Shown here: in pieces, positions 61,050 to 64,000 of the stretch | Layout: each line of letters opens with the position of its first letter | Numbering within the stretch: the first letter of the stretch is position 1 | Source: Antedon mediterranea | Lineage: Eukaryota > Animalia > Echinodermata | Reading direction: 5' to 3' | DNA: 64,000 nt | Assembly: GCF_964355755.1 (NCBI RefSeq) | Contig: NC_092673.1 | Span: forward strand, 2,418,001-2,482,000 | Made by a program: the position numbers and the translations under genes | The notes under the pieces: generated by a model | Database searches by the model: none | Seen by the model: only the letters and a program-made list of their open reading frames with translations | What the model was told of the DNA's origin: nothing

Positions 61050-62145
61050 TTAAAGGTGGTTTCCACTAGAATGCAACGCAATGTAAGGCAGCAACGTATC
61101 GACGCAAAGTGTTGTATTGCATAATCACAAGTGGGAATATCTAAAAACAATCCAAAAAAATTGAGGCAAGCCATTTTTTATATAAGAATATTGGAATGTG
61201 GTAGAATAATTTTGATAACATTTGTTGAACATTACTATTTTTTTTCAAGCATTTTTAGTCATGAAAGTATGGTAAATTGGTTTAACATTAATTTGAACAT
61301 TTAAATTGCACTCTTTACATATTATTATTAGCTGAAACATACTTATAAAAATAGCATTTTCCTACATCAATCCCATTAAAGGTTTAATGGCTTTATGCCC
61401 ATAGACCATCAAACTAAAATGTGTTATGCATTTGTCAAAATGAAGCGGTGCATACCTTGATAAAAGGAAAACAGAGTTGGGATTGTTTAGAGCTTGTACC
61501 ACCAGGAAGATGATAATCAGTGACACATGCAACCAATCATCAATTTTATTTTCAATAAAATAAACAAGGACAATGTAGTATACTTTCATTTGTACAAATT
61601 CTGAGTACAAATGAATATACTGTACCTACTCATCCACCTTTATATTCTTATTTACAGTTTAAAGCTTGTTAAAATCCCCCATCCCACCCTCCGCACCATT
61701 TCTTACCAGATTCCACAAATCAATACATTACCAAATACAGTGAATACATGGCTGGTACAGGAAATCATGTTTAAAATAAAATTACATTTATGATTTTTTG
61801 GTTTTTGTTTTAAATTAATAATTTATGTCAATTAAATTATTTTAGGACTGAATATTATTTGGTGATAAAGAATTTTCAAATTATTATTTTTTTATCTATT
61901 AGAGGCAACTACTGCATAAATGTCCAGATAACTTTTTGAATTTCATGCATTCTTTTACAGTACCAGTGGGTTGGCATGCCAACTTAATTCGTTAGATCTT
62001 TGCAATCCTTTGATACAATTAGCATCAATGACAAGACAGCAGTATGTTAAAAGTAACCTATAAATAACTTGTAAACTAATTTTGTTAATGACTGCTTTTG
62101 GTTTTAGTATTGATTTTGTTTTTAAATAAAAGTGTTTTATTAATT

Positions 62146-62367
62146 GGGGATAAATTGGGGATAAATTGGGGATAAATATGGAATATGGGATAAACAGGGG
62201 ATAAATACTACTGTATATGGGATAAATAGGGGATAAATATTGGATAAATACTAGGGGATGAATAGAGGATAAATAGAATAGGAGGATAAATAGAATAGGA
62301 GGATAAATAGGAGATAAATATTGGATAAATAGGAGATAAATATGGGATAAATAGGGGATAAATAGGG
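62146..62367. repeat. Degenerate repeat of about 10 bp (ggggataaat)
   Basis: Repeated ggataaat cores. Confidence 0.8.
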
Positions 62368-62774
62368 AAAAAAGGCATTTACTCTACATTTTTATATTTT
62401 TTAAATTAAATCTAAAACATGATTAGAATGTTAGGCCCTTAGCAGCATTGCTGCTATTATTACAGTAGCCCAGATTAATCTCAATGCTATTGCTACAGAC
62501 AGATCAGATAATCCTAACTGTACATATTCATCATTACCTAAGCTTTAAATTGTTGTTGTAAGTTATCAGTAATGATTCAGAGCTTCCTCTCATGGGAAAC
62601 ATCAACCTACAGTATTATCTAATGAATATATAGACACAATACTCTACCAAGATAATATTTAAAACTGTGGTAGTGTGCTACCAGAAACATATAAATATTT
62701 GAATAGTTCTATATAATTCTAATTTTTTTGGATGTTTTACTTTATTGTTTTGATTTAGCTTTTTGCTCTATCAT

Positions 62775-63350
62775 TGCGATCCAGGCACTGATACCCACAG
62801 CATTGTCATTTTGTCAGTGCTTATTTTGTATCTCCATTGAGATCCAGCCACTGATAGTTACCCACAGCATTGTCATTTTGTCAGTGCTTATTTTGTACAT
62901 CCATTGAGATCCAGCCACTGATAGCCACAGCATTGTCATTTTGTCAGTGCTTATTTTGTATCTCCATTGAGATCCAGCCACTGATACCCACAGCATTGTC
63001 ATTTTTTCAGTGCTTATTTTATTTTGTATCTCCATTGAGATCCAGCCACTGATAGTTACCCACAGCATTGTCATTTTGTCAGTGCTTATTTTGTATCTCC
63101 ATTGAGATCCAGCCACCGATACCCACAGCATTGTCATTTTTTCAGTGCTTATTTTATTTTGTATCTCCATTGAGATCCAGCCACTGATACCCATAGCATT
63201 GTCATTTTTTCAGTGCTTATTTTATTTTGTATCTCCATTGAGATCCAGCCACTGATACCCATAGCATTGTCATTTTTTCAGTGCTTATTTTATTTTGTAT
63301 CTCCATTGAGATCCAGCCACTGATACCCATAGCATTGTCATTTTTTCAGT
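62775..63350. repeat. About 58-67-bp minisatellite, about 9 copies
   Basis: ccattgagatccagccactgatacccacagcattgtcattttgtcagtgcttattttgtat repeated. Confidence 0.9.
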
Positions 63351-64000
63351 AATTTGCCTTTGGATTTAATAATTTTATAATGAAATACTATAATATAACA
63401 GTTTTGCACAATTATTTAGTTTTATTGGAATAAAGTAGTTAACCCTTACAAATATGGGTTGGCCATTCCGTTCATTTCATGAGAAAGTGTCCCCTAAAAA
63501 AGGGTGTTTCTAGAATAGGGGTGTTTATAGTATGTAAAACAGGAGGTTACTCTACATAATATTTATTGTTTCAAATTTCTTCTTATTTAATTTGATTATT
63601 ATCTATGCAGTGGGAAAACCATTTCTTTATTATTTTAAAAACTTTGCTCAACCTACCTCTGTTATTGTCGAAACATCTCTTCGATCCCTACCATGTAGGC
63701 GATATGGTTGAACAATTTCATAATTATTAATTCTTGATAACTGTTCTTGTTGACTTATACTATGTTTTCCTGTTAAAAAAATAGTTTTATTTAAGAAAAT
63801 GTTTTAAATGTTATATCCGGTGGTATTAATTAATGCCATGTCTTTTATTCACCATCATCTGACCGGGTCACTATTGCCTACTGCAGATAGAATATTATTA
63901 CTCTTGTTGGGTAAAATGAGGTATAAAGCAGTATTAGTATTATTATTAAAAATAAATGATTTTTTATTAATCTTGCTTGAAAACTCTACTGTGCTGTGGA

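Noticed and set aside
56048-64000. ADAM signal-peptide and first exons
   Set aside because: No convincing exon was found; they probably lie beyond the window end.

Overview
AT-rich metazoan (probably marine invertebrate; an inference) genomic DNA with three protein-coding genes. (1) The 3' part of an FGFR-type receptor tyrosine kinase on + (65-9049; 16 exons, 3 Ig domains, TM segment, intact kinase, almost no C-tail). (2) An intronless RING/B-box/coiled-coil/NHL TRIM gene on + (11306-13402). (3) A meltrin-type (ADAM12/19-like) ADAM metalloprotease on - (at least 56047 down to 27241; signal-peptide exons not found in the window). The main finding is that the ADAM gene carries two pairs of tandem-duplicated, intact, phase-matched exons that stay in frame only if exactly one of each pair is used. 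One pair encodes alternative catalytic sites ([12 protein letters not shown] plus Met-turn; 41548-41690 vs 41006-41139). The other encodes alternative cysteine-rich-domain segments (37817-37931 vs 37345-37447). Together they predict up to four protease isoforms. The rest of the window holds a 4.1-kb higher-order satellite built from two palindromic monomers, many minisatellites, several MITE families, tRNA- and 5S-derived SINE-like elements, an RTE LINE remnant and Penelope-type hammerhead ribozyme motifs. Exon boundaries were traced by hand from GT-AG sites and frame continuity; no expression data were available.
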